Assembly (NCBI RefSeq): GCF_017348835.2
Contig: NZ_CP072315.1
DNA length: 64,000 nucleotides
Source of the DNA: Escherichia coli
GTDB lineage: Bacteria > Pseudomonadota > Gammaproteobacteria > Enterobacterales > Enterobacteriaceae
Direction: 5' to 3' (one strand)
Numbering within the stretch: position 1 is the first letter of the stretch; every line of letters begins with the position of its first letter. Below the pieces are notes generated by a model. That model was not told the DNA's origin. It did not search any database and was given only the letters and a program-made list of their open reading frames with translations. This document shows positions 49,587 to 59,426 of this stretch, one piece after another. The translations under genes and the position numbers were made by a program.

Positions 49587-52043
49587 TTATTTTAATTCTT
49601 CAATGTTAATCATGAACTCAGATCTGCCAGTAAGGCCGGATACAGCAGGGAAAATAGGAAAGCTACGGCTGTCCCCGAGCCCCAAATCCAGTTGAAGCTC
49701 TTTGCTTTCACCTGGCATCGCAGAAACGCCATTTACAGTCACGCCGAATGCAGCGTCCTTACGGACAGTAAGCACTGCGTCCTGAAGCCCTGTAGCGATT
49801 GAACCATCCTTTTTACGCAGCTGGCTGGCATACAGAACAGCCAGAGCAGTATTGTCAGATGTTTTGAGAGAAGCATTGACAGCTAAGGTTTTCAGATTCT
49901 CTAGCCTGACGAGATTGTTTGGAAGGTAGTTAAATTCGACTGAGCTTTCTTTAACGTTGTTCATCTCATCTTTGGCCTGAACTGTGAGAGTGTATGTTTC
50001 GCCTTCATTAAGAGACGGAAAGATCTTGGGATAATTAGGTGCATACAGGTTGTTTCCCAGATTCACCCAAGACAATTCCACCGCATCAGAAACAGGGCCA
50101 CCGCGAAGAGTCATACGGCTTAAGGATGGTTTAGTTAGAGCATCGGTGAGCTGTATACGGACGTTCTCCAGCCCATATACTGTTACGTTTTTGCTGATCG
50201 GTTTTCCTTCGTAGCTAATACTTACAGATGGTGCTGTATTATCAACGACAACTGTTTGATAAGGGAGGTTACCGGTATTGTTGAATGTATCTTGGGCATT
50301 AATCACCACGTTATAACTGCCTTCTGGTACCTCTTTCATGTTGAACTCATACGTGTAGTTCCCAGACGCCATATTTCTACCTGTTTGTTTGCCGGTTACG
50401 CTTATTTCTGCGTTGTTACGGTTTTTATCTGACAACCAAACTCGATTTACATAAACATGGTCGAAATATGAACCATCTCCAGGTTGATTCACGTAAACCT
50501 GGAGAATGTTGGTGGTTTCATTGTAATCAAATCCAGTGACGGAGGGACCCAGTGTATGCCAGGCTATATTCTCCCATATAGGGGCAAAGAAGGTTGCTTC
50601 GGTGGTTGACCTTACTTCATAGCCACTATGAAGATAACCGGTAGTGCCATTTATAATATCCTGGGGCAAAGAGACGGTACAGGTTGTTGAGCCAGCTGGA
50701 ATACTGCATGTTGCTCCGCCAGTGATTTTTTGATCATATGGCCTGGCCTGTACATTGAATCGGATATTAGTAAGTTTTATAGGCATATCAGATGCCTTGA
50801 ACAGGTTCCAGTTTACGCTGTTGAACCATGTTCCATCAGCCTTTTGTCGTTCTATGGGTGAACTTCCCCAAGCCGGACTCTTTACAGAGGCAGGATCCCA
50901 GTTGAGCCAGCTGGCATACTGACCAAGATCTCCTCCAGACCATTGATATGTATTCACAGGTCTATAGTAGTTTCCATCTAAGGCACCCTGTGGCAGCTTA
51001 ACTTCCACGTAGACATAGGTGGCATCTTCGGAAAGGACCTGTACTCCGCCATAGTTATTGGTAATGCTCATGCCACCATTTCGATATGGCTTCCAGTTAG
51101 TTCTTGGGATACGTATAACCAACTTGTAGGGGTTTTCCAGCACTGTAAGGCCTCGTTTAAACGGGACGTATCCCGAAGAAATGCCGGGTACAACACTGGT
51201 GCTTACACGTGAGTCATGAACTGCAAATGGCGTAAATTCTCCCATTTGATCGTCATATAAAAACCGCTGGGGAGGAATGTTAAGCGTATTTCCTGCCAGG
51301 TCCGTAACGATGAAATTGAAGGTGAATTCTTCATCAAGATCACTTGAGGGCATGCCAGCCTGGGTGTTCATATCTTTAATCCACGGATAGAACGCACGTT
51401 TATTGGCTGTGTCATAACTCAGGTTATTGTCGGAGACCACAGAACCATTACTTCGTTTAATGACAAGACGGATCTTGTCAATTCCACTAGCATCCTCAAT
51501 ACCGTCTGCAAATATAGAAAACTGGCCACTACCGCCTCGGCCCAACTCCCAAAGTGGCCCAGAAAGTACCATGTCGTAACCTGCGTTTTGACTCGGATAA
51601 ATACTCTTATAGCGTGGAGGAGTTGTATCAACGATGAAATGATAAGTAGATGTGCTCACTACAGTCTGGCGAATATCCAGAGTTTCATTGACTACAGTAA
51701 AGGTCCCTTCTCCGAGCGCCGGTAGAACCATATCCTTTCCATAGTATTCTGTTCCATCGGCAGCAACGATACGATCTGCAACGCTCGTTTTGGTCGAGAC
51801 GGAGGAATACATAACCTTTTTATCGCTGTCTCGTGTGACCGTCACTCGCTCGTACCGATCAAGACCCGATATCAAGTTCAGAGTCAAAACACCAGCGGGA
51901 TTAAGATATGTTTGTGTTGCAGGTTTGATATTCCGAACAGCCTTATTGGTATCTGTAAATGAGTAGCTAAATACCTGAGCATGTGCCGAAGATACAGTAG
52001 CAAGGGCAGTTGCAACCATGCAGCCAATTAGAGTTTTACGCAT
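49587..52043 (-). CDS. large secreted beta-rich protein (paralog 3 of 3)
   Basis: 818 aa, signal peptide (ATALATVSSAHA), conserved blocks shared with the other two paralogs; two palindromic motif copies upstream. Confidence 0.7.
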   Translation of the reverse strand: MRKTLIGCMVATALATVSSAHAQVFSYSFTDTNKAVRNIKPATQTYLNPAGVLTLNLISGLDRYERVTVTRDSDKKVMYSSVSTKTSVADRIVAADGTEYYGKDMVLPALGEGTFTVVNETLDIRQTVVSTSTYHFIVDTTPPRYKSIYPSQNAGYDMVLSGPLWELGRGGSGQFSIFADGIEDASGIDKIRLVIKRSNGSVVSDNNLSYDTANKRAFYPWIKDMNTQAGMPSSDLDEEFTFNFIVTDLAGNTLNIPPQRFLYDDQMGEFTPFAVHDSRVSTSVVPGISSGYVPFKRGLTVLENPYKLVIRIPRTNWKPYRNGGMSITNNYGGVQVLSEDATYVYVEVKLPQGALDGNYYRPVNTYQWSGGDLGQYASWLNWDPASVKSPAWGSSPIERQKADGTWFNSVNWNLFKASDMPIKLTNIRFNVQARPYDQKITGGATCSIPAGSTTCTVSLPQDIINGTTGYLHSGYEVRSTTEATFFAPIWENIAWHTLGPSVTGFDYNETTNILQVYVNQPGDGSYFDHVYVNRVWLSDKNRNNAEISVTGKQTGRNMASGNYTYEFNMKEVPEGSYNVVINAQDTFNNTGNLPYQTVVVDNTAPSVSISYEGKPISKNVTVYGLENVRIQLTDALTKPSLSRMTLRGGPVSDAVELSWVNLGNNLYAPNYPKIFPSLNEGETYTLTVQAKDEMNNVKESSVEFNYLPNNLVRLENLKTLAVNASLKTSDNTALAVLYASQLRKKDGSIATGLQDAVLTVRKDAAFGVTVNGVSAMPGESKELQLDLGLGDSRSFPIFPAVSGLTGRSEFMINIEELK

Positions 52044-52199
52044 ATGATGCTCCGGGAATAGGTTATAGCCTTATTCTACGGATTCAGCCTACAAGGTCCG
52101 GTCGGATAAAGTGATAATTTGCCTGTTAAAAGAGACATCAAGTGAGAAAGCAACCAACGTACAGAATGCAAAATGGCGGCAGTGCATCTGGATGACGCA

Positions 52200-52210
52200 A
52201 AAGTAACTTT
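52200..52210. promoter_or_regulatory. AAAGTWACTTT palindromic motif copy
   Basis: aaagtaacttt; in the divergent region between 49587..52043 and 52416..53042. Confidence 0.5.
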
Positions 52211-52264
52211 TTGTATCCACTTTTTTGGATTTTAGCCTTCAAAATGAGTATTCAACCAATCATA

Positions 52265-52275
52265 AAAGTAACTTT
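52265..52275. promoter_or_regulatory. AAAGTWACTTT palindromic motif copy
   Basis: aaagtaacttt; second copy in the same divergent region. Confidence 0.5.
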
Positions 52276-52415
52276 TGATAGACGCTGCTCCTTTATGTTT
52301 GCCAATTGTGCTGATATGTTTGTAAATTCAAGGAAGCGAGATTTTAAAAGCATCTGTTGAGTCAAATTTATGTAAAATAACAGGGAAACCATCACTTCTA
52401 GGTTGAGGAAACCCA

Positions 52416-53042
52416 ATGTTATACATGCTCTTATGCTGTTTTCTGATGCTCAACAGTACATTCGTTATGTTCAGAGCAATGTCTGCAATAAGTAAAGGAT
52501 CCGCTAAAGAAAACCGGTCTGAAATATCGCTGATAGTCCTAGCAACACTTGGAATCGCATCACCATTCATTGTCGCAATGATTACTATTAATGAAAGTAT
52601 GACATCTAAAACAGTAACAGATTTTTCTTTGGGTGCTCAGTGGTACGGAATGGTTTCAGCGGTAGCGCTAATGGGGTTATATGCTCGACGCGTTTGGAAA
52701 GAGAAGAAGTCCTTATTTACTGGCGCTTTCCTGGCCTCTTCCTTAATGGCCTTTATTTTTACTGACAGCCTTGTTTTCGTATCCCAGAAGGACACCGGCG
52801 TTCTGGCTACTTTCGTACTCGATAAAAACGCTGGAGATATTGATTGTAGTCGCCCGGCTATGATTGTCCATTACAGTAAAGGTGTTCCAACGGACTGGCG
52901 TTGCCCAACCAGTATCATGTTGATGGCGTATTCTTCATATCCTTTTTTACCCTGGCCTGAGTATAGCCATGGTACCAGCCAGTCTCTTACGGTTGTTATT
53001 GATACATTTATGGAAAACGCTGTTAATCTCAGCCAAAAATAA
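52416..53042 (+). CDS. integral membrane protein, unknown function
   Basis: 208-aa ORF with multiple hydrophobic segments. Confidence 0.45.
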   Translation: MLYMLLCCFLMLNSTFVMFRAMSAISKGSAKENRSEISLIVLATLGIASPFIVAMITINESMTSKTVTDFSLGAQWYGMVSAVALMGLYARRVWKEKKSLFTGAFLASSLMAFIFTDSLVFVSQKDTGVLATFVLDKNAGDIDCSRPAMIVHYSKGVPTDWRCPTSIMLMAYSSYPFLPWPEYSHGTSQSLTVVIDTFMENAVNLSQK

Positions 53043-53047
53043 AAAAT

Positions 53048-53075
53048 AAACCTCACTAGTGAGAGGTTTTATAAA
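53048..53075 (+). terminator. putative bidirectional hairpin terminator
   Basis: cctcactagtgagagg inverted repeat followed by a T-run, between convergent genes. Confidence 0.4.
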
Positions 53076-53099
53076 CCTGAGCCACCAATCTAATTAACT

Positions 53100-53381
53100 C
53101 TATATTTTTGTTTTAGCTTTTTTAAAGATAGACTTACCGAATAAAACAGCAATTATAGAGCAAAGGCCTGGCGTTAGGACAAAAGCTAATAATGCACTGC
53201 CAAAACTTGTCATTTCAGGCACCAGGAACCAGCTGATAGGCCACGTCAGGGCTGGTAAATTTAGCGGATCATAAAGCGCATGTAGAGCGCTTAACACACA
53301 GTAAAGTGCTAAAAAGCAAACTAGATAAACAACGATCCACATTTTAATTTGCTCAGCAATTTCAAATTTTGGACTGCCCAT
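53100..53381 (-). CDS. small membrane protein
   Basis: 93-aa hydrophobic ORF. Confidence 0.4.
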   Translation of the reverse strand: MGSPKFEIAEQIKMWIVVYLVCFLALYCVLSALHALYDPLNLPALTWPISWFLVPEMTSFGSALLAFVLTPGLCSIIAVLFGKSIFKKAKTKI

Positions 53382-53823
53382 GCTTTACCTCAGTGGCTGA
53401 ATATTGATGGTTAATATCTTTAATCACCCGTAAGCACTTAGTGCATACCTTAGTTCGATTTGTCTGCTTGTCCAGAGTGTATTTAACTTCAAGTTGACCT
53501 CCAGCATTAAGCAAAGTGAGCATCTCATCTTCTAACACGCTTCGGTAAATGGTCTTGGCCGAGAGTGTGCCCGGTAACGAGTACTCAACATAATTGTTTG
53601 AAACTCTTACCGATTTAGGGATTTTACCACTGAGCTGGGTTTCATTCGTTGAAGGCATTACAGTTACTTTAATCACAGTTGCCGGTGACCAGAAATCCTG
53701 ATAACGCACTTTATGAATTTTATCAGCTCTAAGGCCTAACCACACATTTCCGGCGATAAGAACAATAAGCAATCCATAAACTGATCGTCGAATGTTACGC
53801 CTTTTAATCACAATGTCCCCCAT
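53362..53823 (-). CDS. membrane-anchored hypothetical protein
   Basis: 153-aa ORF with N-terminal TM helix; overlaps downstream gene. Confidence 0.45.
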   Translation of the reverse strand: MGDIVIKRRNIRRSVYGLLIVLIAGNVWLGLRADKIHKVRYQDFWSPATVIKVTVMPSTNETQLSGKIPKSVRVSNNYVEYSLPGTLSAKTIYRSVLEDEMLTLLNAGGQLEVKYTLDKQTNRTKVCTKCLRVIKDINHQYSATEVKHGQSKI

Positions 53824-54044
53824 CCCTCAAATATCATTCTAAATAACTGCACCAGGATATCATGAGCGTAATTAATAGAATTCTTCATAACCGGGGTTTT
53901 CAGTTGAGTTTGCGGACTCTTTACTTTGCGGTTTCTCACCCTCTAGTTGAGTATCCCTGACAGGCTTGGATTTACCCATGCTCCTCTGAAAGGTATCCAT
54001 AACAAACTCAATATCTTCTTCTGGCAGGCTGGTGGGTTGGTTGC

Positions 54045-55736
54045 TCATAGGACTTCCTCTTGTTGAATACGTTCGGCGTACAGGATGCGAACCGAAACGG
54101 TCGTGTTTTCAAACTCGTTCTCAAAAACGTCCATCCATTCCGTCCGGAATTCTTCCCCCAAAAGGTTATCGAGCCCCTGAAGAGATAATGGAAGAACGGC
54201 TGCTAGAGATCCCCCGGCTGCGAGATGAGATGCAGCTGCCTGGAGATGCAGCCTGGCCCGGTTATCGGCAAAAGGTGGGTTCATCACGACATAATCAAAC
54301 TTCTTCTGTTGATTAGACTTAGACCATGTGAGGAAGTCAGCTTCTGTCGTATCGTATCCCTTAGCCCGGGAGATAAGGCAATTCAAAGTATCAAGCTCGA
54401 TGCCAGTAACGATCACACCGGCAGGGAATGATTTAAGCAAATCCGCATGGCCAATATTAGGCTCCAGGAGGGTATCCCCTTCCCCTGCACCAAGCAGGGA
54501 AGATACATATTCGCTGATTCGGCAAGATGAAGGGTAAAACTGATGCGATACAATATCAGGCATCTCCCCTATCTGGCCGATGTAACGAATAACCTCACAC
54601 GGATCATAGGAAAATGTCACATCGTATTTTGTTACTGTTGCCCCTAAGAACCGAAGGGTGTCAGCGGCAACACTCGAAGATTTGCGTTCGGCGAGAGACC
54701 CTAAAGATGTCCAGCAACTCCATTTATTGTCCCCGTCATTTTTAAACATCAGTTCAGAAAGCTGCATCCGGGTATCAAAGTCGATGCACTGCTTAAGTAC
54801 AGGGAATGCCTCCAAAGATTTCTTGCTATGAGCCATACGGTCGGCAGGTAATGCCAGCGGTACGATAGCTGATAAAATATTGTTAAGCCGCTCGGCGATA
54901 TCAGGGTGGACGTCAATATGCATTGATCCATTTTTGTAAACCCTGAAACGAATACTGTTGCCATCGATGCAGATCCATTTTCTGAACCCCTCATGTTCGA
55001 CCAACGCCTCAACCAATGATTTGGTGTTATGGATCGCCTTCACCTGTTCGCCACGGAAGAATGCGCATATAACGCGGAGCTCGCTCAGCGGTGAAATGCC
55101 AGACTCTTTAAAATCCACCCTTAATTTCTGCCAGGGGTATTTAGACGGCTCGCAAACTCCGGTAGTGATCATGCGGGTGGAGAACCCAAAAGCTTTGTTT
55201 GTCTTGTGACTGCGGCTCAGAGACTGGAAGACGTCGTAAACCCTTTCTTTAATAAATTGATTGCGGTCATTAAGCAAAGCAACGACTGTGCCCACTACAG
55301 CGTCAGCTGTGAAATCAGGGATCACCTGAGGCGGCATAATATAACGGTCGGCCGTAAACTGCTTATCCCATTCGTTACGTTTGGCATCCGACATGATAGG
55401 CAAAACATCAGTGAGTGCCATAACGCATTTCCAGTATTCTGATCTCAGAGCGTTTTCTGCGAACAAAGCATCCGCTTCTGAGATGCTGTGGTTGTAGCCT
55501 GAGAGATAAGAATAAAGTTTCTGGTGATTGTGGGTTTTGAACTGGACAGCCATGAGTTTCAACAAGCAGAGTTCATCATTATAGGACTCAACAAGATCCG
55601 CGATAATGCCGAGCTCTTTGCGCATATCTGGAAGAAATGTTTCAGGAGAGCTAACCACCAGGCTATGAGAGGTTGTTAAAGCCAGTACGCTGTGACCTGC
55701 ATTATCGGGTTTAGCTTCAGAATCAAGAGATGACAT
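54045..55736 (-). CDS. N6-adenine DNA methyltransferase (NPPF motif), 563 aa
   Basis: YVVMNPPFADN catalytic motif near the C-terminus; variant promoter-proximal element upstream. Confidence 0.7.
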   Translation of the reverse strand: MSSLDSEAKPDNAGHSVLALTTSHSLVVSSPETFLPDMRKELGIIADLVESYNDELCLLKLMAVQFKTHNHQKLYSYLSGYNHSISEADALFAENALRSEYWKCVMALTDVLPIMSDAKRNEWDKQFTADRYIMPPQVIPDFTADAVVGTVVALLNDRNQFIKERVYDVFQSLSRSHKTNKAFGFSTRMITTGVCEPSKYPWQKLRVDFKESGISPLSELRVICAFFRGEQVKAIHNTKSLVEALVEHEGFRKWICIDGNSIRFRVYKNGSMHIDVHPDIAERLNNILSAIVPLALPADRMAHSKKSLEAFPVLKQCIDFDTRMQLSELMFKNDGDNKWSCWTSLGSLAERKSSSVAADTLRFLGATVTKYDVTFSYDPCEVIRYIGQIGEMPDIVSHQFYPSSCRISEYVSSLLGAGEGDTLLEPNIGHADLLKSFPAGVIVTGIELDTLNCLISRAKGYDTTEADFLTWSKSNQQKKFDYVVMNPPFADNRARLHLQAAASHLAAGGSLAAVLPLSLQGLDNLLGEEFRTEWMDVFENEFENTTVSVRILYAERIQQEEVL

Positions 55737-55867
55737 TTTACCGGTCCTTTAGAAAAAACTTTTACCAGGATAGCAACGTCGCTCAGTAACCTAATAGGTT
55801 CAGTGACACGAAAAAGTTTTTTATGTCTCTGAATAAAACTTAAAGATGTCAACTCATAGAAAGAAGC

Positions 55868-55895
55868 AAAAAAAAAGCCCCGCATAAACGGGGCA
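55868..55895 (-). terminator. rho-independent terminator after the ParB-like gene
   Basis: gccccgtttatgcggggc hairpin followed by a 9-T run on the minus strand. Confidence 0.5.
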
Positions 55896-55983
55896 AGAAC
55901 GATACATGGAGGTTTAAAAAAGGCGGGCAAAAAGCCTGAATCCTTAATGACTCTGACAAAACCAGCACTTTGCCAAAAGTAAA

Positions 55984-57147
55984 TTATTCTGCGTCCGGCT
56001 GTGGGTCAGTATCCTGATCGGTCTCTTCCCCTGCCTTCTTAGCATTTTTTTTACGTGGGTATTTTGGCTTCTCACCATTAAGTTTTGCCTGACGATTCTC
56101 CGCACGGCGAAGCTGCTTGTTCTCTGATTCTGTGATCTCTTTTGAAAGATTTCTCAACATCTCCAGAGTACTGCGGTTCAACGTAATGTTGATTTCTTCG
56201 TCAGCACTTGAATCTGTCAGCTCCGGCAATTCAATATCCCCCAGTTTCTGTAATAAGCTGGTGGTGATGAGTTTGACGCCTTCTACGGCTTTTGTGGCAA
56301 TAACCGGCGGAATCCGTGCTGGCTTGAAGTCTGAAGGTCTGACTCGTACCTGACCATGTTGGGTTTTTTTCACCGTGATGCCATTCGCATCGGCCTGCTC
56401 AAGTTCTGCGATCATCTTCTTGATACGTGAAATTGCTTCTGTTTCGCCGAGCTCATCGATCAGTGAAAGCACGTTAACATACGAAATAGCGTCAGCATGA
56501 ATCCATTTCTTGATAACAACAGAACAGGTTGTCAGGCGGATAAGAGAACTGATGGTCGTCGGGCTTTTATTTTCACGTTGAGCAATTCGTTCGAGTGACC
56601 AGCCAGCAAGAGAATGTAGGCGACGATAGGACTCGCCAAGCGCAACAGGAGAAAGCGCAAGACCACGGTTACCATCAATGGTCGCGAGCTCACAGCCAAT
56701 TTCATCTTCTTTAATCTCAACGCAAAGGATTGTGATGTCATGATCTTCATCACATGCCATCATTGCGGCTTTTAAACGGCAGTGCCCCTGGCGAACAAAA
56801 GGTACCCCATCAATGACACGTACTCGGATAGGGTCTACATAGTCACCTCGAATGTAGGCATTCTTGATGTTGTAGATGTGTTCTTCAACCTCAGGGAGCT
56901 TATAGTAATCGTCACCCATTCCCATTTCGCGGGAGTTGAAGCCTGGCGTGACCTGAATTACTGAAGGGTGGATAGCCCATGCTTTCTGGTCACTTACTTC
57001 AGTACAAAGTTCAGGGTTTGCATCACGGAACTGTTTAAGCCCAGTGACGTAACGGCCTGTGCCAGTAACTACTGAAAAGGCAACATGGGCCGTTTTAAAG
57101 ACCTTGTCATTAGCTTGCTGTGTAGGTTCTGTCAGTAAAACACTCAT
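55984..57147 (-). CDS. ParB/Srx-domain (ParB-like nuclease) protein
   Basis: GFNSREMG ... VIDGVPFVRQGHCRLKAAMMA block paralogous to 7210..8394 and 60358..61413. Confidence 0.7.
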   Translation of the reverse strand: MSVLLTEPTQQANDKVFKTAHVAFSVVTGTGRYVTGLKQFRDANPELCTEVSDQKAWAIHPSVIQVTPGFNSREMGMGDDYYKLPEVEEHIYNIKNAYIRGDYVDPIRVRVIDGVPFVRQGHCRLKAAMMACDEDHDITILCVEIKEDEIGCELATIDGNRGLALSPVALGESYRRLHSLAGWSLERIAQRENKSPTTISSLIRLTTCSVVIKKWIHADAISYVNVLSLIDELGETEAISRIKKMIAELEQADANGITVKKTQHGQVRVRPSDFKPARIPPVIATKAVEGVKLITTSLLQKLGDIELPELTDSSADEEINITLNRSTLEMLRNLSKEITESENKQLRRAENRQAKLNGEKPKYPRKKNAKKAGEETDQDTDPQPDAE

Positions 57148-57495
57148 AGGGGCTCCGTTACATTTTTCTGCTTACTTTCTGCGTAGCGGGGATACTACCG
57201 AAAAAAAAATTCATAATTTTTCGCAAAAAAGGTACTTTTTGAGCCTATTCTGATTTTTTACAAAAAAAGGTGGCTCCCCATTACTTGTGATGGCATAAAA
57301 ATCGCTTCATAAACAAATACATAAATCCAAAACATAAAGTTCAGGTATAAGTGAGGAAAAATCTTATAAATCCGAAATGCTGAAAGTCAAAACTGTGCGT
57401 CTTAAACAACTTTTTTTTGCTCCCTAAGTTATTAGTTAAAGCCCGTGGTTAGGTACGATACCAGCACCTAAATTTCTCTCTCAGGTATAGACACT

Positions 57496-58329
57496 TTGAC
57501 TCGACATCTCAGACACATGCCGATAATCAAATGGGCTGGTGGAAAAACGAAACTGATGCCTTTCATCAGCCATCACTACCCACACGATCATAGTTGCCGG
57601 TGGGTAGAACCCTTTATAGGCGGTGGTGCCGTTTTTCTGAACATGTTTGCACAAAATGCATTGCTTGCAGATAGCAATCCAGACTTGATCAACCTATACA
57701 GGACTATTCAAAGACAGAAAACTAACTTTATAAATCAGGTCCAAAACTTGGCGGATAAAACCTTTGTCGAAAAGGACTACTATGAGATGAGGGACCGTTT
57801 CAACAAAACCTGTATTTCTGGTCAATCGCTTCAAAGAGCGGCTTTGTTTTACTCCCTGAATCGCCTGGGCTATAACGGTATGTGCCGCTATAACTCAGAA
57901 AGAATCTATTCAGTGCCGTGGGGGAAACATACAGAACTGAAGCTTGACCTCAATAAAATAGACTACCTTTCATTTCGTCTTTCAGGTATTGAACTGATCA
58001 CCGCTGGTTTTGAGGAGACTCTGGCCGCAACCGGTGAAGGAGATCAGATTTACTGTGATCCGCCATATGACAAAACAAGCAAAACTAGTTTTGTCAGTTA
58101 CGATGGTAAACCGTTCAGCCAAAGCGACCACGTGCTGTTAGCAAATATGCTCGTTGACGCTCACAGAAAAGGCGCTGCTGTTGCGATATCAAATAGCCTG
58201 ACATCATTCACTTTGGGCCTCGATGAAGAGCGTGGATTCGTCATACACAGACTCAGCGCTTACCGATCCGTAGGAAGTAAGCCGAATACACGGAAAACGG
58301 AAACAGAAATACTGGCCGTGCTGAAATAG
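57496..58329 (+). CDS. Dam-family DNA adenine methyltransferase
   Basis: IKWAGGK, FIGGGAVF and CDPPYD motifs characteristic of Dam-type enzymes. Confidence 0.85.
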   Translation: MTRHLRHMPIIKWAGGKTKLMPFISHHYPHDHSCRWVEPFIGGGAVFLNMFAQNALLADSNPDLINLYRTIQRQKTNFINQVQNLADKTFVEKDYYEMRDRFNKTCISGQSLQRAALFYSLNRLGYNGMCRYNSERIYSVPWGKHTELKLDLNKIDYLSFRLSGIELITAGFEETLAATGEGDQIYCDPPYDKTSKTSFVSYDGKPFSQSDHVLLANMLVDAHRKGAAVAISNSLTSFTLGLDEERGFVIHRLSAYRSVGSKPNTRKTETEILAVLK

Positions 58330-58337
58330 AGTAAATT

Positions 58338-59003
58338 CTAATCAACTAGGCTAATCCATTCCTCAAAAGTTAATACCTCAGGGTAAGTTCGTTGAACATA
58401 AGGTATAAACTGAAGCTCTTCTATTCTCCGGTCGCCCCTCTTTCCTTCGCAAATAAATGAAATGAGTCCTTGCTGAGAAAGGCCAGTAAGGACGCTCATA
58501 AGTCTTATATTTAGACTTTTAAGCTGTAAGTCGTTATTAATGTCCTCCACTTTATGAGAGCTCTGGCCTGAACGTTTAAGATACTCGTAAACCATGAAAT
58601 TCGAATTTCGTCGTTTTAACAATTTTTCGGTTATGCATTCCTGAATGAAGTCGCCAAGAGCATCTAAAAGCGGACTGAGAACTACCGGGAAAGTTAATGT
58701 GTAACTTTGAGAAGTTTTAGACAAAGTGAATGAGTTTAGAAAGCTAAAGTTTAGTCTCTTTTTTGAATATGGAACATAAGCGACAAGAGTAGTCGACATA
58801 ACAGTAAGTAAAGCTTCAAGATGGTTCACTGTTATTAAAGTGGTTTTATCTGTATTTCTAAGATTATGGAAATCAATAAACGCTACTCTTGAACGGCTAA
58901 GCCAATCTTGTACTTTAATGTCGATAGAAAATTGCGAGATATGATTTGAACATTCATTTTGGGTGATAGGGCATGCAGACGAAAGATGGTTATGGATTAT
59001 CAT
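58338..59003 (-). CDS. hypothetical protein (start uncertain)
   Basis: The long ORF runs to 59195 but its 5' part covers the palindromic motif at 59092, so an internal ATG at 59003 is proposed; no clear RBS. Confidence 0.3.
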   Translation of the reverse strand: MIIHNHLSSACPITQNECSNHISQFSIDIKVQDWLSRSRVAFIDFHNLRNTDKTTLITVNHLEALLTVMSTTLVAYVPYSKKRLNFSFLNSFTLSKTSQSYTLTFPVVLSPLLDALGDFIQECITEKLLKRRNSNFMVYEYLKRSGQSSHKVEDINNDLQLKSLNIRLMSVLTGLSQQGLISFICEGKRGDRRIEELQFIPYVQRTYPEVLTFEEWISLVD

Positions 59004-59091
59004 GCATAGCACAAAAAAAGGAAAACGGCAGGCTGTGGGGCATTGAAAACCGGTTAAAGAAAGCTTAGACGTTTCATATGCGCTTACCGGA

Positions 59092-59102
59092 AAAGTAACT
59101 TT
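59092..59102. promoter_or_regulatory. AAAGTWACTTT palindromic motif copy
   Basis: aaagtaacttt; upstream of the proposed start at 59003. Confidence 0.45.
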
Positions 59103-59426
59103 TCTTAACGTTGGCTTTGACGATGTTCTTGCATTTTTACAAATGAAACCGAGACCCAGATCATTGTGCATTTTAAAGTCCATCTCCATCATCACCTTTT
59201 AGCCTTAACTGTATGGTATTGGTATACAAAAAATTAAAATTATAATTAATAAGATTATCATTTTTTTACAATAGAAAAGGTTCTGATAGAGGGGAATTTA
59301 AATGTAAAAGATTTATACTCGCAGATCTTTATGAGGGATAAAACCCATTGCGTAAGCAACAATATTACGTGAGTGAGTCCTAACGACAGTTAAAGTCTTG
59401 GCTCTATATTTAAGCAGCAAAAACAT

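Noticed and set aside
58338-59195. Full 285-aa extent of the minus-strand ORF
   Set aside because: Its first 35 codons run across the intergenic palindromic motif at 59092..59102, so the long form is unlikely; only a shorter ORF from 59003 is retained, at low confidence.
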